DNA of 64,000 nucleotides from Planctomycetota bacterium (GCA_046290465.1 JBKAGP010000001.1:3632270-3696269); one strand, 5' to 3'; shown: positions 30,944 to 40,694, counted from the stretch's first letter. Made by a program: numbers and translations. The notes: generated from the sequence alone by a model not told the origin.

Positions 30944-31015
30944 CGTTGCGTAGCTCAATGGTAGAGCACGGGACTGTTGATCCCGGGGTTACGGGTTCGA
31001 ATCCCGTCCAGCCGA
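30944..31015 (+). tRNA. tRNA-like element, Asn(GTT)-like, with non-pairing acceptor stem (possible pseudo-tRNA)
   Basis: Canonical D-arm TAGCTCAATGGTAGAGC, anticodon arm CGGGA-CTGTTGA-TCCCG and T-arm ACGGG-TTCGAAT-CCCGT. The 5' strand cgttgcg pairs with the 3' strand ccagccg at only 3-4 of 7 positions. Position 37 is G rather than A. Confidence 0.4.
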
Positions 31016-31441
31016 GGCACTCGGCACCTCTTGCCCAAAAGGGCGCACCCGACGCGTGTTCCTGCCGGCGTCCGCGCGACGCCGCGACCGCCTGCGAATC
31101 GCTCCCGACGAGCGGCACGCAGGACCGTTCGATCACCTTGCACCATTCGACTCGCGCCGCGGAAGCGGCGCGGCAACGGCACCGTTGTGCGCCCAGGTTG
31201 CGATCCGCGGACCTCTGCGATCCTTCCGAAACGCACGGCGTCGCCCGCACCGCGTCGCGCCGCTTCGCCTGCGCCTGGTCCGTGATCGCGGCGGGGTCGC
31301 TGCGACACGTGGCGCTGGCGGGGCACCTTTCTCGACGTATCCCGACCACTGCATTCCCCCGTCGCCGGCGATCAGGAACGGCGCCTGCGACGGCTCAGCC
31401 TTCACGTTCCAACCAACTCCCCACCTCCGAAGGAGGACCCC

Positions 31442-32560
31442 ATGATCCGCACCTACATCAAGCAGCACGAGATCGGTCTCGTGTTCCGTCGCGGCGACCT
31501 CAGCCGCGTGCTCGAGCCGGGCCGGCACATCCTGCCGGAGCGGCTGCTGCCCGACACCCGCATCGAGAAGCACTCGATGCTCGACACCCGCTTCCGTCAC
31601 GACTCCCTCGACACGCTCGTCGAGAACGAGACCCTGCGTTCGCACCTCGAGATCGTCGATCTCAGCGAGGACGACCGCGCGGTCGTGTGGCGCAACGGCT
31701 GCCTGTACGACTTCGTCGGCTCCGGCCGCTACGCGTATTGGAAGACTCCGCACACGCTGAAGGTCGAGGCCTTCAACGTGGCGGAGGTCGAGTTTCGTCA
31801 CCCGCAGCGCGATGCGATCATGACCATGCCGCAGGCTCCCGAGCACCTGCTCGGGGTCGACGTCGACTCGCACGAGCGCCTGCTCGTGCGGCGCGGCGGC
31901 GAACTGGTCGGGGTCTACGGCGGCGGGCGTCACGCGTTCTGGTCGCGCGGTCGACTGATCACCTGGACGGCCGTGGACATGCGCGAGCAGATCGCGGACG
32001 TCGCCGGACAGGAGATCATGACCGCCGACAAGGTCACGCTGCGACTCAACCTCGTCGTTGCCTGGCGCGTCACCGATCCCGAACGGAGCACCAGCGTCGT
32101 CGACAACGCGGCCGGGGCCGTCTACCGCGAAGCCCAGCTCGCGCTGCGCGCCGCGGTCGGCACCCGCGAACTCGACCGCCTGCTGTCCGACAAGGACAAG
32201 GTGGCCAACGAGGTCCGCGCGTCGATCACGCCGCGAGCGTCCGAGTTCGGCGTCGCGATCGCGTCGGTCGGCATCCGAGACATCGTGCTGCCCGGCGAGA
32301 TGAAGACGATCCTCAACCAGGTCATCGAGGCCGAGAAGAAGGCGGAGGCCAACCTGATCCGTCGTCGCGAAGAGACCGCGGCGGCGCGCAGCCAGGCCAA
32401 CACCGCCAAGCTGCTGGCCGAACACCCCGTCCTGCTCCGCATGAAGGAGCTCGAGTCGCTCGAAGCGATCCTGCGCGACGCGCGCACGACCTTCGTGTTC
32501 GGCTCGGGTGACATCACGCGACAGGTGAAGAGCCTGATCGCCTCCGGCGAACAGGAATGA
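31442..32560 (+). CDS. SPFH / band-7 (stomatin/HflC-like) domain protein
   Basis: Strong SD aaggagga. The SPFH core shows the IRDIVLPGEM..ILNQVIEAEKKAEANLIRRRE pattern followed by a coiled-coil tail. Confidence 0.8.
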   Translation: MIRTYIKQHEIGLVFRRGDLSRVLEPGRHILPERLLPDTRIEKHSMLDTRFRHDSLDTLVENETLRSHLEIVDLSEDDRAVVWRNGCLYDFVGSGRYAYWKTPHTLKVEAFNVAEVEFRHPQRDAIMTMPQAPEHLLGVDVDSHERLLVRRGGELVGVYGGGRHAFWSRGRLITWTAVDMREQIADVAGQEIMTADKVTLRLNLVVAWRVTDPERSTSVVDNAAGAVYREAQLALRAAVGTRELDRLLSDKDKVANEVRASITPRASEFGVAIASVGIRDIVLPGEMKTILNQVIEAEKKAEANLIRRREETAAARSQANTAKLLAEHPVLLRMKELESLEAILRDARTTFVFGSGDITRQVKSLIASGEQE

Positions 32561-32761
32561 CCGGACCACCCGGTCCGCGCGTCCTCGGCGGCATCCGTCG
32601 CCGGGGACGCGTCCCATCGCCGTACCGAGTCGTTTTCCGGTGACAGGAACGCGCGCGGTCCGTTCACAGCGCACTGCCGCCGAGCGACCCGCCGACCCCA
32701 CGGCTCGCCACGTGCACACGGCCGGATGGCTGCCTCCATCCGGACCCAAGGAAGAAAGAGC

Positions 32762-33919
32762 ATGAGCAAGGCCCACATCGCAATCATCTGTGCCATCGGT
32801 CTGTCCGCAGGTCCGTTCGCGACCTGCATCGCACAGCAGCCCCATGGCATGGCGGCCGACGGCATGGCGGCGTTCGCCGAGCTGTCGCCGGCCCGGCAGA
32901 AGAAGCTCGTAAAGGAGATGCGGCTCGCCGCGGACGCGATCGAGCACGTCGCGTTCGACGCGCAGCGGGAGCTGCTCGCCCAACTGCGGAAGGCGAAGCT
33001 CGCCAACCAGAAGAGCAAGCTCGGCAAGACCAAGGAGTCGAAGAAGCCAGCACCCAAGGCCCCCGCGAGCTGGCAGCTGCCGGCCGTCGTCACCTACCGC
33101 TACGGCTTGGCCCGGATCGAGCCGGTGCTGCGAACGGGCGGTCGCAACGCGCTCAAGGCCGCCGAACTGCGCGTGCCGACCGAGCTGTTGCTGCTCGGCA
33201 TGCTGCCGGACGCGGACCTGGTCGTCGCCGAACTTCAGCGCCAGATGGACGGCGACCGGTCGGCCGACCCGTTCATGCGCTTCCTCGAGCTGTGGCGCAA
33301 CGGCGACGAGAGCTTCTACCAGGCGCTCGACCGGACCGCCGGCACGCAGGACAGCGTGTTCTTCTACGACGTGATGCTCGGCGACTACGTCAAGAGCTTC
33401 GGCAAGGGCAAGAGCGCCGCCGCCAAGCACCTCGCGAGCAGCCTCGACGCCGCGCACGATGCGCTGCACGACTCGTTCTTGAGCTACCGACAGTACCGGG
33501 CGTTCCGCGAGGCCGTCGCGCTGTCGCTGGTGCTGCCGCCGGACGTGCAACTGCCGGCGCGGCTACGCCGCTACGAGACCGCCGCCGAAGGCCTCTACTC
33601 GCTGCGCGACCAGGTGCAGATGGTGCTCGCCGCCAACGACCACGACCCGCGCGCCGTCACCACGCTGGTGCGCGAGACCGCCCCGCCGCTGCCGGACCCG
33701 CTGTGGTCGAGCAGCTACAACCCCTACGACGGCTGGACCAAGGTCTTCCAACGCGCGATGCCCAAGATGATCGCCGACAGCGGCAGCACCGACGCGTTCT
33801 TGGCGAAGGCCAGCAAGCAGGCGACCGAACGCGCGACGACCGTGCGCAACGCAGCACGCGCCGCGCTCGGCCTGCCGACCGGCGAACCCCGCCACCTCGG
33901 CGGCGCGGCCCCGCAATAG
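32762..33919 (+). CDS. hypothetical secreted protein
   Basis: SD ggaagaaagag. Signal peptide MSKAHIAIICAIGLSAGPFATCIAQ. No recognisable domain. Confidence 0.55.
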   Translation: MSKAHIAIICAIGLSAGPFATCIAQQPHGMAADGMAAFAELSPARQKKLVKEMRLAADAIEHVAFDAQRELLAQLRKAKLANQKSKLGKTKESKKPAPKAPASWQLPAVVTYRYGLARIEPVLRTGGRNALKAAELRVPTELLLLGMLPDADLVVAELQRQMDGDRSADPFMRFLELWRNGDESFYQALDRTAGTQDSVFFYDVMLGDYVKSFGKGKSAAAKHLASSLDAAHDALHDSFLSYRQYRAFREAVALSLVLPPDVQLPARLRRYETAAEGLYSLRDQVQMVLAANDHDPRAVTTLVRETAPPLPDPLWSSSYNPYDGWTKVFQRAMPKMIADSGSTDAFLAKASKQATERATTVRNAARAALGLPTGEPRHLGGAAPQ

Positions 33920-33955
33920 ACCCTCCGACGACGACCGCGGCCCTCAAGAACGAGC

Positions 33956-33991
33956 AAACACCGCATACCGAACCGGGTTCATCCTGCGCCG
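33956..33991. repeat. REP-like palindromic element, copy D (left arm only, right arm degenerate)
   Basis: aaacaccgcataccgaac(-)cgggttcatcctgcgccg with no intact partner arm. Lies between convergent genes. Confidence 0.7.
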
Positions 33992-34032
33992 TGAACGGCG
34001 CGGCGGCAGCGGTCGTTGGGCTGGGGGCGCGG

Positions 34033-35124
34033 CTAGGGGGACGTTCGGTTTGCGGGCCGGCACGTCGACAACGCGTAGAGAACCACCAATGCGAGCAGGC
34101 TGACGACGGCGACCTTGCCGGCGAGGGCAGGGCCGCCAGCCGCGGCGGCCTTGGCCGGCGCTGCGGCGAGGCCGAGCGTGTGGGCCAGCGCACCGCCGGC
34201 CATCAGGCCCGCGACGCCGACGAACGCATCGCCGTTGCCTTCGCCGGTCAGCACGATCAGGCGCACCGGGCAGCCCCCGCAGAGCGCGCCGCACAGGCCG
34301 ACCAGCATCAATCCGAGCAGGTTCCAGAGCCAGACGCCGTGGGCGACCGGCGCGTCGAAGCCGAACGTGAAGCGACCGCCGACCAGGGCGACGAGCGCGT
34401 AGGTGCCGACCATCGCCCCCGCCGCGACCAGCATCGAACGGCGACCGCCGAACACCTGCCGCATCGCGGAGATGCCACAGAACCCGGTCGCCGACAGGAT
34501 CGCGCCGGCCACACCGCCGATCGCGAGCGCCCACAGCCACGGAGCATGGCCGGGCGGACCACCGACGCCGGGACCGGGGCCGGCGAGCACGTCCGTCGCC
34601 ACGAACACCACCAGCAGCCCGACGCACGCGATCGGACCGAGCAGCCCGACCCCGAGCGGCACTTCGTGGGTCTTCCCGATCGAGTAGCCGCGCGCCTCGA
34701 ACCCCATCGCGATCCGCACGCCGAGGCCGAAGCCCGGCAGCGCGAGCCAGGCGTTGAGGTCGCCGCCACCGAGCCGCTGGAACAGCCGGAACGGACAGCC
34801 GAGGAACACCAGCGCGCCGACGGCCATCGCCGCCGCCAGCAGGAACCGCGCCACCGCGTTGGATCCCGAGCGACCGACGTGGCGCCCGCTCACCAGACAG
34901 AACAACAGTGCGCCGAGCACGACGCCGGGCACCTCCGGCCGCAGGATCGATGGCCCTTGGTGCAGGCCGAGCGCACCGGCGACGTCACGTGCGAAGCAGG
35001 CACCGCACAGCCCCATGTTCCCCGGGTTGCCCAACAGCACGAGCGCCGCCGCGAGCGCGCCGACCACCGCCATCAGCAGGACGCCCGCGGTTCGGCGGGC
35101 CGGAGTCACTTCGCCACGTAGCAT
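34033..35124 (-). CDS. YeeE/YedE-family inner-membrane protein (putative sulfur- or selenium-compound transporter)
   Basis: Polytopic Gly/Ala-rich membrane protein whose two halves each carry a conserved Cys in a G..G.C context (NMGLCGAC.., LCGALCGGCPVRL). Start may be the internal ATG at 35073. Confidence 0.45.
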   Translation of the reverse strand: MLRGEVTPARRTAGVLLMAVVGALAAALVLLGNPGNMGLCGACFARDVAGALGLHQGPSILRPEVPGVVLGALLFCLVSGRHVGRSGSNAVARFLLAAAMAVGALVFLGCPFRLFQRLGGGDLNAWLALPGFGLGVRIAMGFEARGYSIGKTHEVPLGVGLLGPIACVGLLVVFVATDVLAGPGPGVGGPPGHAPWLWALAIGGVAGAILSATGFCGISAMRQVFGGRRSMLVAAGAMVGTYALVALVGGRFTFGFDAPVAHGVWLWNLLGLMLVGLCGALCGGCPVRLIVLTGEGNGDAFVGVAGLMAGGALAHTLGLAAAPAKAAAAGGPALAGKVAVVSLLALVVLYALSTCRPANRTSP

Positions 35125-35316
35125 CTGCGGAACTGTGCGGCGAGCCGGCGACGCTGTCAGCAGGGAAATGCCACGCGACCGCCCCCGGCCCCTGGGTCGC
35201 GGACTGCAGCGTCGAGCAGGACCGCGTCCTCGTCGACTGGAGCCCGGTCGACGACGGCGTGCGCATCGAGTCGCAGCTGTCGATGACCCCGATCCGGTAG
35301 GCGCCTCGTCGGCGGA

Positions 35317-35799
35317 TCAGCGCTCCGACGAACCCTCGCCGCGCCGTTCGCCGGCACCGCCGGACTCGCCTGGCTCGACGCCTTCGACGTGGACCTCGGT
35401 GATCTCGATCTTGACGTCGAGCTCCGGCCACTCGTGCGCCGACAGACCGACGGAGTAGTCGCCGGAGAACCCGTCGAGCACGAGCTCGCCGCGCCAGCGA
35501 CCGGCCATGGCGGGCAGCTGGCCGGTCTGCTCGACGTGACCGCCGCGAGCCGCCACCTGCCAGACGACCTTGCCGCCGGGATCGCGGAGCGAGAAGCGCG
35601 CCGCGCCGCCGACGCCGCACACGTCGAGGTCGACGTCGAGCACCGATGCGCGCTGCGGACACTGCAGGTCGAGCTGCACGGTCTCGCTGCGTTGCTCGAT
35701 CCCGTAGGCCGCGTCGGTTCGCGAGATCGAGATCGAATGGGTGGCGCAGGCGGAGAGCAGACCGAAGGTGGTGAACAGGGACAGGAAGAGCATTCGCAT
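35317..35799 (-). CDS. hypothetical lipoprotein
   Basis: MRMLFLSLFTTFGLLSAC lipobox (L-L-S-A-C). Confidence 0.5.
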   Translation of the reverse strand: MRMLFLSLFTTFGLLSACATHSISISRTDAAYGIEQRSETVQLDLQCPQRASVLDVDLDVCGVGGAARFSLRDPGGKVVWQVAARGGHVEQTGQLPAMAGRWRGELVLDGFSGDYSVGLSAHEWPELDVKIEITEVHVEGVEPGESGGAGERRGEGSSER

Positions 35800-35930
35800 C
35801 GCGGCGCGAGGTGGCCTGCCGGCGCGCACCGCCGTCGATCGTGGGCAGTTCTCCCGTCGACCGGTCGTCGCGCCCGCGTTGCCGCAGGCGGCATGGGTGG
35901 ACCCGGGCAGGTTCGCGGTAGCATGCGCAG

Positions 35931-36761
35931 ATGGCGCGCGTCGGTGATGGCTATGAGCTCGAACCCGACCAGCTCGACGCGTTCGCGCGCGACGGCTGGG
36001 TGGTGTTGCCGGACTTCCTCGACGAGCAGGAGCTCGCGCCGCTCGAGCAGGCCTACATGCGCCTGCTGCGACGCGAGGTACCGGTCACCGGTCGCGACTA
36101 CTGCGACATGACCGGCAACTACGCGCGGCCGATCGAGCAGTTCGAGATCCTCAACGTGATGCTGCCGCGCACCTACCTGCCGGACCTGCAGGGCAACGTC
36201 TACGAACGGCGCGCCGCGGACGTCGTGCGGCAGCTGCTCGGGCACGGCTTTGCGATCGACTACGACCAGCTGGTCGCCAAGCCACCGCAGCGCCACGGCG
36301 CGGTGTTCGGGTGGCACCAGGACCTGGGCTACTGGCCGATCACGCCGGACACCCGCACCGCCACGTTCTGGCTGGCGCTCGACGACGTCGCCGACGACAA
36401 CGGCTGCGTGCGCTTCGTCGACGGCTCGCACCGCGAACCGGAGCTGCGGGAACACGTGCCGCTCCAGGGGGACCGCGACGAGAACCACTCGCTGGTCGCC
36501 GAGGTCGACCCCCGACGCGACCGCATCCGCAGCGCGGCGATGAAGCGCGGCTCGGTGACGGTGCACCACGAACGGACCGTGCACGGCTCGGCCGGCAACC
36601 ACAGCGACCGCTGGCGACGCGGCTACGTGCTGGCGTTCCGTTCGCAGGCGACGATCGCCGCCGAGCGCGCGATGGGCTTCACGCACTCGCACAACGACGA
36701 GGTCGAGGTGCTGACGATGATCGGCGAGCAGACGCGCCGCCGGCAGGCGCGCCGGGACTGA
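35931..36761 (+). CDS. phytanoyl-CoA dioxygenase (PhyH) family Fe(II)/2-oxoglutarate oxygenase
   Basis: HQDLGYWP..D facial-triad region, distal H..G.N.S motif (VHGSAGNHSD) and R..Y 2OG-binding residues. Confidence 0.8.
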   Translation: MARVGDGYELEPDQLDAFARDGWVVLPDFLDEQELAPLEQAYMRLLRREVPVTGRDYCDMTGNYARPIEQFEILNVMLPRTYLPDLQGNVYERRAADVVRQLLGHGFAIDYDQLVAKPPQRHGAVFGWHQDLGYWPITPDTRTATFWLALDDVADDNGCVRFVDGSHREPELREHVPLQGDRDENHSLVAEVDPRRDRIRSAAMKRGSVTVHHERTVHGSAGNHSDRWRRGYVLAFRSQATIAAERAMGFTHSHNDEVEVLTMIGEQTRRRQARRD

Positions 36762-36865
36762 CGGCGGTCGCGGCGGCCGGCTCGCATCCGCCAGGACAGC
36801 GATCCACTGGCTCGCCTGGGGCCGCGGCCCCCGGCCAAGGCGACGGGCTCGCGGCCCCATTCCGA

Positions 36866-37064
36866 ATGCACGATCGTGCACGCGAGCACTGCCACCGCCC
36901 GCCATGCCGTGGTCACGAGCACATGCATGCACGTTCGTGCATCCCAATGGCGAACGGCCCCCCAATCCAACGCGCCGGGGCCGCGATATGCATGTTCGTG
37001 CATTGCGTCTTGCGCTCAGGCCCCAGATCGCCGATCTTCCGCCATGACATGCACGATCATGCAT
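36866..37064 (+). promoter_or_regulatory. array of four 16-bp palindromic operators (consensus ATGCACGnnCGTGCAT) at an exact 61-bp period upstream of and overlapping the hipB start
   Basis: O1 36866-36881 atgcacgatcgtgcac. O2 36927-36942 atgcacgttcgtgcat. O3 36988-37003 atgcatgttcgtgcat. O4 37049-37064 atgcacgatcatgcat (overlaps the hipB ATG). The sequences between sites are unrelated. Confidence 0.7.
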
Positions 37065-37279
37065 TTCCACAATCGCTCGGCGAACGCCTCCGCCAACGCC
37101 GCGCCGAGCTCGGGCTGAAGCAGGTCGACCTCGCCGAGCTCGCCGGCTGCTCGACCCGCTTCGTGCACGCAGCGGAGGCCGGCAAGCCGACCCTCCGACT
37201 CGACAAGCTGCTGCAGCTGCTCGACGTGCTGGGCCTGCGGCTGGTCGTCGAGCCCGCGCACGGAGGCGATCCCCGATGA
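37049..37279 (+). CDS. hipB: HipB-like XRE-family HTH antitoxin
   Basis: 76 aa. HTH LRQRRAELGLKQVDLAELAGCSTRFVHAAEAGK. Stop overlaps the hipA ATG (ATGA). Confidence 0.75.
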   Translation: MHDHAFPQSLGERLRQRRAELGLKQVDLAELAGCSTRFVHAAEAGKPTLRLDKLLQLLDVLGLRLVVEPAHGGDPR

Positions 37280-38517
37280 ACGCCCCCGACTACCGGCGGG
37301 TCGCGGTCGGCGCCGTGCACAAGGCCGGCGAACCCGCCGCCCGCCTGACCCGCGAAGCCGACGGCGGGATCACGTTCTGCTACGAGCCCGGCTACCGCGG
37401 CCCCGCCGTCGCCACGTCCCTGCCGCTCGGCGCCGAGCCGGTGCGCACCGTCGGCGGCGCGCTGCCGCCGTTCTTCAGCGGCCTGCTGCCCGAGGGCCGG
37501 CGGCTGACCGCCATCCGCAGCGCGGTGAAGACCTCGGCCGACGACGAACTGTCGCTGCTGCTGGCGGTCGGCGCCGACGTCGTCGGCGACGTCCAGGTCC
37601 TGCCCGAAGGAACCTCCGCACCGCCCGACGAGCAGACCCAGCCCAAACGGCAGACCCAGGCCCACCAGCAGATCCAGGCCGTCGGCTCGTTCGCGGACGT
37701 GTCGTTCCGCGAAGTGTTCGAACGCGCAGTCGGCCCGGAGGCCGAAGACCGCACCGCGCTCGCAGGCGTGCAGGACAAGGTCTCCGGCCGGATGATCTCG
37801 CTACCGGTCGAACATCGCGACGCCGCCTGGATCCTCAAGCTCGATCCCCCCGAGTTTCCGCACCTGGTCGCCAACGAAGCGTTCTTCCTGGCGGCGGCGC
37901 GCGAGTCGGGGCTCACGGTCGCCGAGGCGCACGTCGTGCACGACCGCGACGGCGCACCGGGACTGCTCGTGCGTCGCTTCGACCGCGTGCCCGGCGACGA
38001 CGGCCGGACGCTCGAGCCGCGCGCCCAGGAGGACGCCTGCCAGGTGCTCGGCCGCTACCCCGCGGACAAGTATCGCCTGACCACCGAAGAACTGATCGCC
38101 GGCCTCGCCGCACGAACGGGCGCACCGATCGTGGCCGCACGCACGCTGCTGCAGCAGCTCGCGTTTGCCTACCTGAGCTGCAACGGCGACGCCCACGGCA
38201 AGAACTTCTCGATCGTGCACACCGGCACGGAATGGCGCGTCTCCCCGGCCTACGACCGGCCCTCGACCCATCCGTATCGCGACGTCACGATGGCGCTGCC
38301 GATCGCCGGCAAGGACCGCGAGGACATCGGCCGCGCCGACTTCGTGACGGCGGGCGAGGCCTGCGGCGTGCCCGCCCGCGCCACCGCGCGGATGCTGGAC
38401 CAACTGGTGAGCACGGCACCGCGCTGGCTCGAGCGACTGCACGAGCTGCCGTTCGACGGGCGTGCGGTGCACAAGCTCGAGAAGGCGTGTCGGTATCGGC
38501 TGGAGCGGTTGCGGTGA
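37276..38517 (+). CDS. hipA: HipA-family serine/threonine kinase toxin
   Basis: HipA C-terminal catalytic motif LSCNGDAHGKNFS plus an N-terminal HipA_N-like region. 413 aa. Confidence 0.85.
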   Translation: MNAPDYRRVAVGAVHKAGEPAARLTREADGGITFCYEPGYRGPAVATSLPLGAEPVRTVGGALPPFFSGLLPEGRRLTAIRSAVKTSADDELSLLLAVGADVVGDVQVLPEGTSAPPDEQTQPKRQTQAHQQIQAVGSFADVSFREVFERAVGPEAEDRTALAGVQDKVSGRMISLPVEHRDAAWILKLDPPEFPHLVANEAFFLAAARESGLTVAEAHVVHDRDGAPGLLVRRFDRVPGDDGRTLEPRAQEDACQVLGRYPADKYRLTTEELIAGLAARTGAPIVAARTLLQQLAFAYLSCNGDAHGKNFSIVHTGTEWRVSPAYDRPSTHPYRDVTMALPIAGKDREDIGRADFVTAGEACGVPARATARMLDQLVSTAPRWLERLHELPFDGRAVHKLEKACRYRLERLR

Positions 38518-38619
38518 GTGCGGACTGCGTGCGCGCGGGGCACCCGTGGTCTGGGGATCATCCGCAAGCTGCGCGAAGCCGGACCGCCGCGACCGCCATC
38601 GCCACGAGGCACCACACCC

Positions 38620-40479
38620 TCACCTCTTCGTTGCGGTCAGGGTGATCTGCTCGACACGCCGCGACGACAACGACACGACGCTGCGGTCCAGCACGTTGGA
38701 ACCCTCGAGCAGGGTGACCACGTAGTCCCCCGGCGGCTCGACCAACCGAACCATCTCGCCGCCCTGCACACGGCGCATCGGTCGGGCGATGTGCATGAAG
38801 TCGCATCGCACGATCATGAGCTGGAGCGGGACGGCACGTGCATCGGCCACCTCTACGACGCATTGGGCAAAGGGCGCGAGCCGCAAGCGCCCCTCGCGCA
38901 ACACCTTCATCAGTTGCGGACCACTCAGCAGGGCGCCACCCCCGTCATCCGAGTCCCATCGGAACGCATCCCCAAGCTCTTCGCCCCGTATCCACACGTC
39001 GTGCACGCCCGAGAAGCGCTGGACCTCCTTCCAATCACCCCACATCCCTCGCACGAACCTCGCCTGCTTGACGGAGCCAACCGCATTCGCAGCGCACTCG
39101 ACCCGGAGCGGATAGCGCTCCTGGACTCCGACTGCATCGACCACGAGGTCCTGACGGCTACGAGCCCCTGGCTCGCAAACGACATCCACGCTACCGACGT
39201 GGCCGCCAACGACGAGAGGGCCGCTGATCGCCACTCGCCATATCCCGGCAAGCGGCGGAGGAGACGCAAACCGGAACTCCCCACTGCCGCTGGTCTCCGC
39301 CTGCATGTGCCAGCGATGAGGCATGCCAAGACCAGCGGCACTGCCAAGGTCCATCGCCCGGAATACGTCGACAGCCAATCCCGCAGCATCGAGCGGCACC
39401 GCCTCGAGCGTCACGCCAGGCAGTGGCCGCCCCTCGCACAACACCATGCCCGCCAGTGGCTCGGACTCATGCACGTGCAAGTCACAATGCGCGCGCCGAA
39501 CATCCGCGTCCACACGCACGCGGGAGACCGAACCCACATACCCCGTCGCCATGACGGTCACCTGGTATTCGCCTGGCCTGGGCAAGTCCAACGAATAGGA
39601 CCCGTCATCGGCGGAGGAGAGCTTCGTATGGAATGGGCTGGCAAGGAACTCGCCCATACCTGATACGGCGATGCGAGCGCCAGACACCCCGACCCCATCG
39701 TGGAGCACCCGCCCAGCGAGACGGTAGGTGGGCGCCCCGACCCTCAGCTCCACTCGAGACACCCCACCCGGAGCGACGCTGACCAGAGTGGATGGAGACA
39801 CCATCCCTTCACCATCCGTTGCGGCGACGTAATAGACCCCATCGGGGCTGACCCTCAATTCGGCGCCCCCATCCGGCCCGGACCTCGCATGCCCAGCACC
39901 GGCATATGGCTTGCCCTGCGCGTCTCCAGCGACGCCCCGAACGGTCGCGGCCACGATCGCCCCGGAAACCGGCGCATCGTGTTCGTCCAATACCGTGGCC
40001 GCGATCCGCGCCCAGGGCCGCAACTCCATGAGCACCTCGTCCGCCCCAGCGGTCGTCGCCACAGCCAGGGACCTGGTCCCAAACCGCTCGTGGGAAGCCT
40101 CCAGTTCCACCAGCCCGACGGGTAGCCCGACCCGCATCCCGCCGTCGTCTTCCGTCAAGCCTTCCTGGACGTGATCGCCGCTACGGATCCAGACCCGCAC
40201 ACCGCCGACACGTTGGCCACCTGGCGCCTGGACGAGAATGAGATCTCGAACGAGGTCTTCGCCGGAGAGCGCATCACGCACCACCGGCTCCGTTGAAGGG
40301 ACGTTCCCCTGCGCTGGTGCGGCTGCGCCTTGTCGATGCGAACCATCGTCACGCTCACCACGAGGCCTCGGAACGCCGCTGCTGGCGATGATCGCCAACA
40401 GAACGACGCCGAGAACCAGCGCAGTTGCCGCCAGCACCGCGAGCCGAACACGTGCGCTGTCCATTGCCTCTCCCATCAC
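38620..40479 (-). CDS. hypothetical membrane-anchored protein with repeated beta-sandwich-like (carboxypeptidase-regulatory-like) modules
   Basis: N-terminal TM (RLAVLAATALVLGVVLLAIIA). Real start is probably ATG 40464. Recurrent V.V.V...G.PV.GA.V hydrophobic alternation. Confidence 0.5.
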   Translation of the reverse strand: MMGEAMDSARVRLAVLAATALVLGVVLLAIIASSGVPRPRGERDDGSHRQGAAAPAQGNVPSTEPVVRDALSGEDLVRDLILVQAPGGQRVGGVRVWIRSGDHVQEGLTEDDGGMRVGLPVGLVELEASHERFGTRSLAVATTAGADEVLMELRPWARIAATVLDEHDAPVSGAIVAATVRGVAGDAQGKPYAGAGHARSGPDGGAELRVSPDGVYYVAATDGEGMVSPSTLVSVAPGGVSRVELRVGAPTYRLAGRVLHDGVGVSGARIAVSGMGEFLASPFHTKLSSADDGSYSLDLPRPGEYQVTVMATGYVGSVSRVRVDADVRRAHCDLHVHESEPLAGMVLCEGRPLPGVTLEAVPLDAAGLAVDVFRAMDLGSAAGLGMPHRWHMQAETSGSGEFRFASPPPLAGIWRVAISGPLVVGGHVGSVDVVCEPGARSRQDLVVDAVGVQERYPLRVECAANAVGSVKQARFVRGMWGDWKEVQRFSGVHDVWIRGEELGDAFRWDSDDGGGALLSGPQLMKVLREGRLRLAPFAQCVVEVADARAVPLQLMIVRCDFMHIARPMRRVQGGEMVRLVEPPGDYVVTLLEGSNVLDRSVVSLSSRRVEQITLTATKR

Positions 40480-40694
40480 CGATTGCCCCTGCTGCTCCAG
40501 ACCCGCACCGCCAAGGCAGCATCGCCATCCGTTGCAGCGCGGCGGTCACGGAATGGTGCAATCTTGCGAGACGCAACGATCCGCAACAACCGCCCTGAAG
40601 CCAACACAGGAACACCCGGGCCGATTCCCCCGGCAAAGCCACGCGGCCTTCGTCCACCTGACGCGACGACCGGCAGCACGGCTGCCCCACATCG

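Noticed and set aside
30944-31015. tRNA-like element as an integrase attachment site for a mobile element covering 31-34 kb
   Set aside because: No integrase, recombinase or phage genes follow (the next genes are an SPFH protein and a hypothetical exported protein). GC content stays at about 70%, and no direct repeat of the tRNA 3' end was found.
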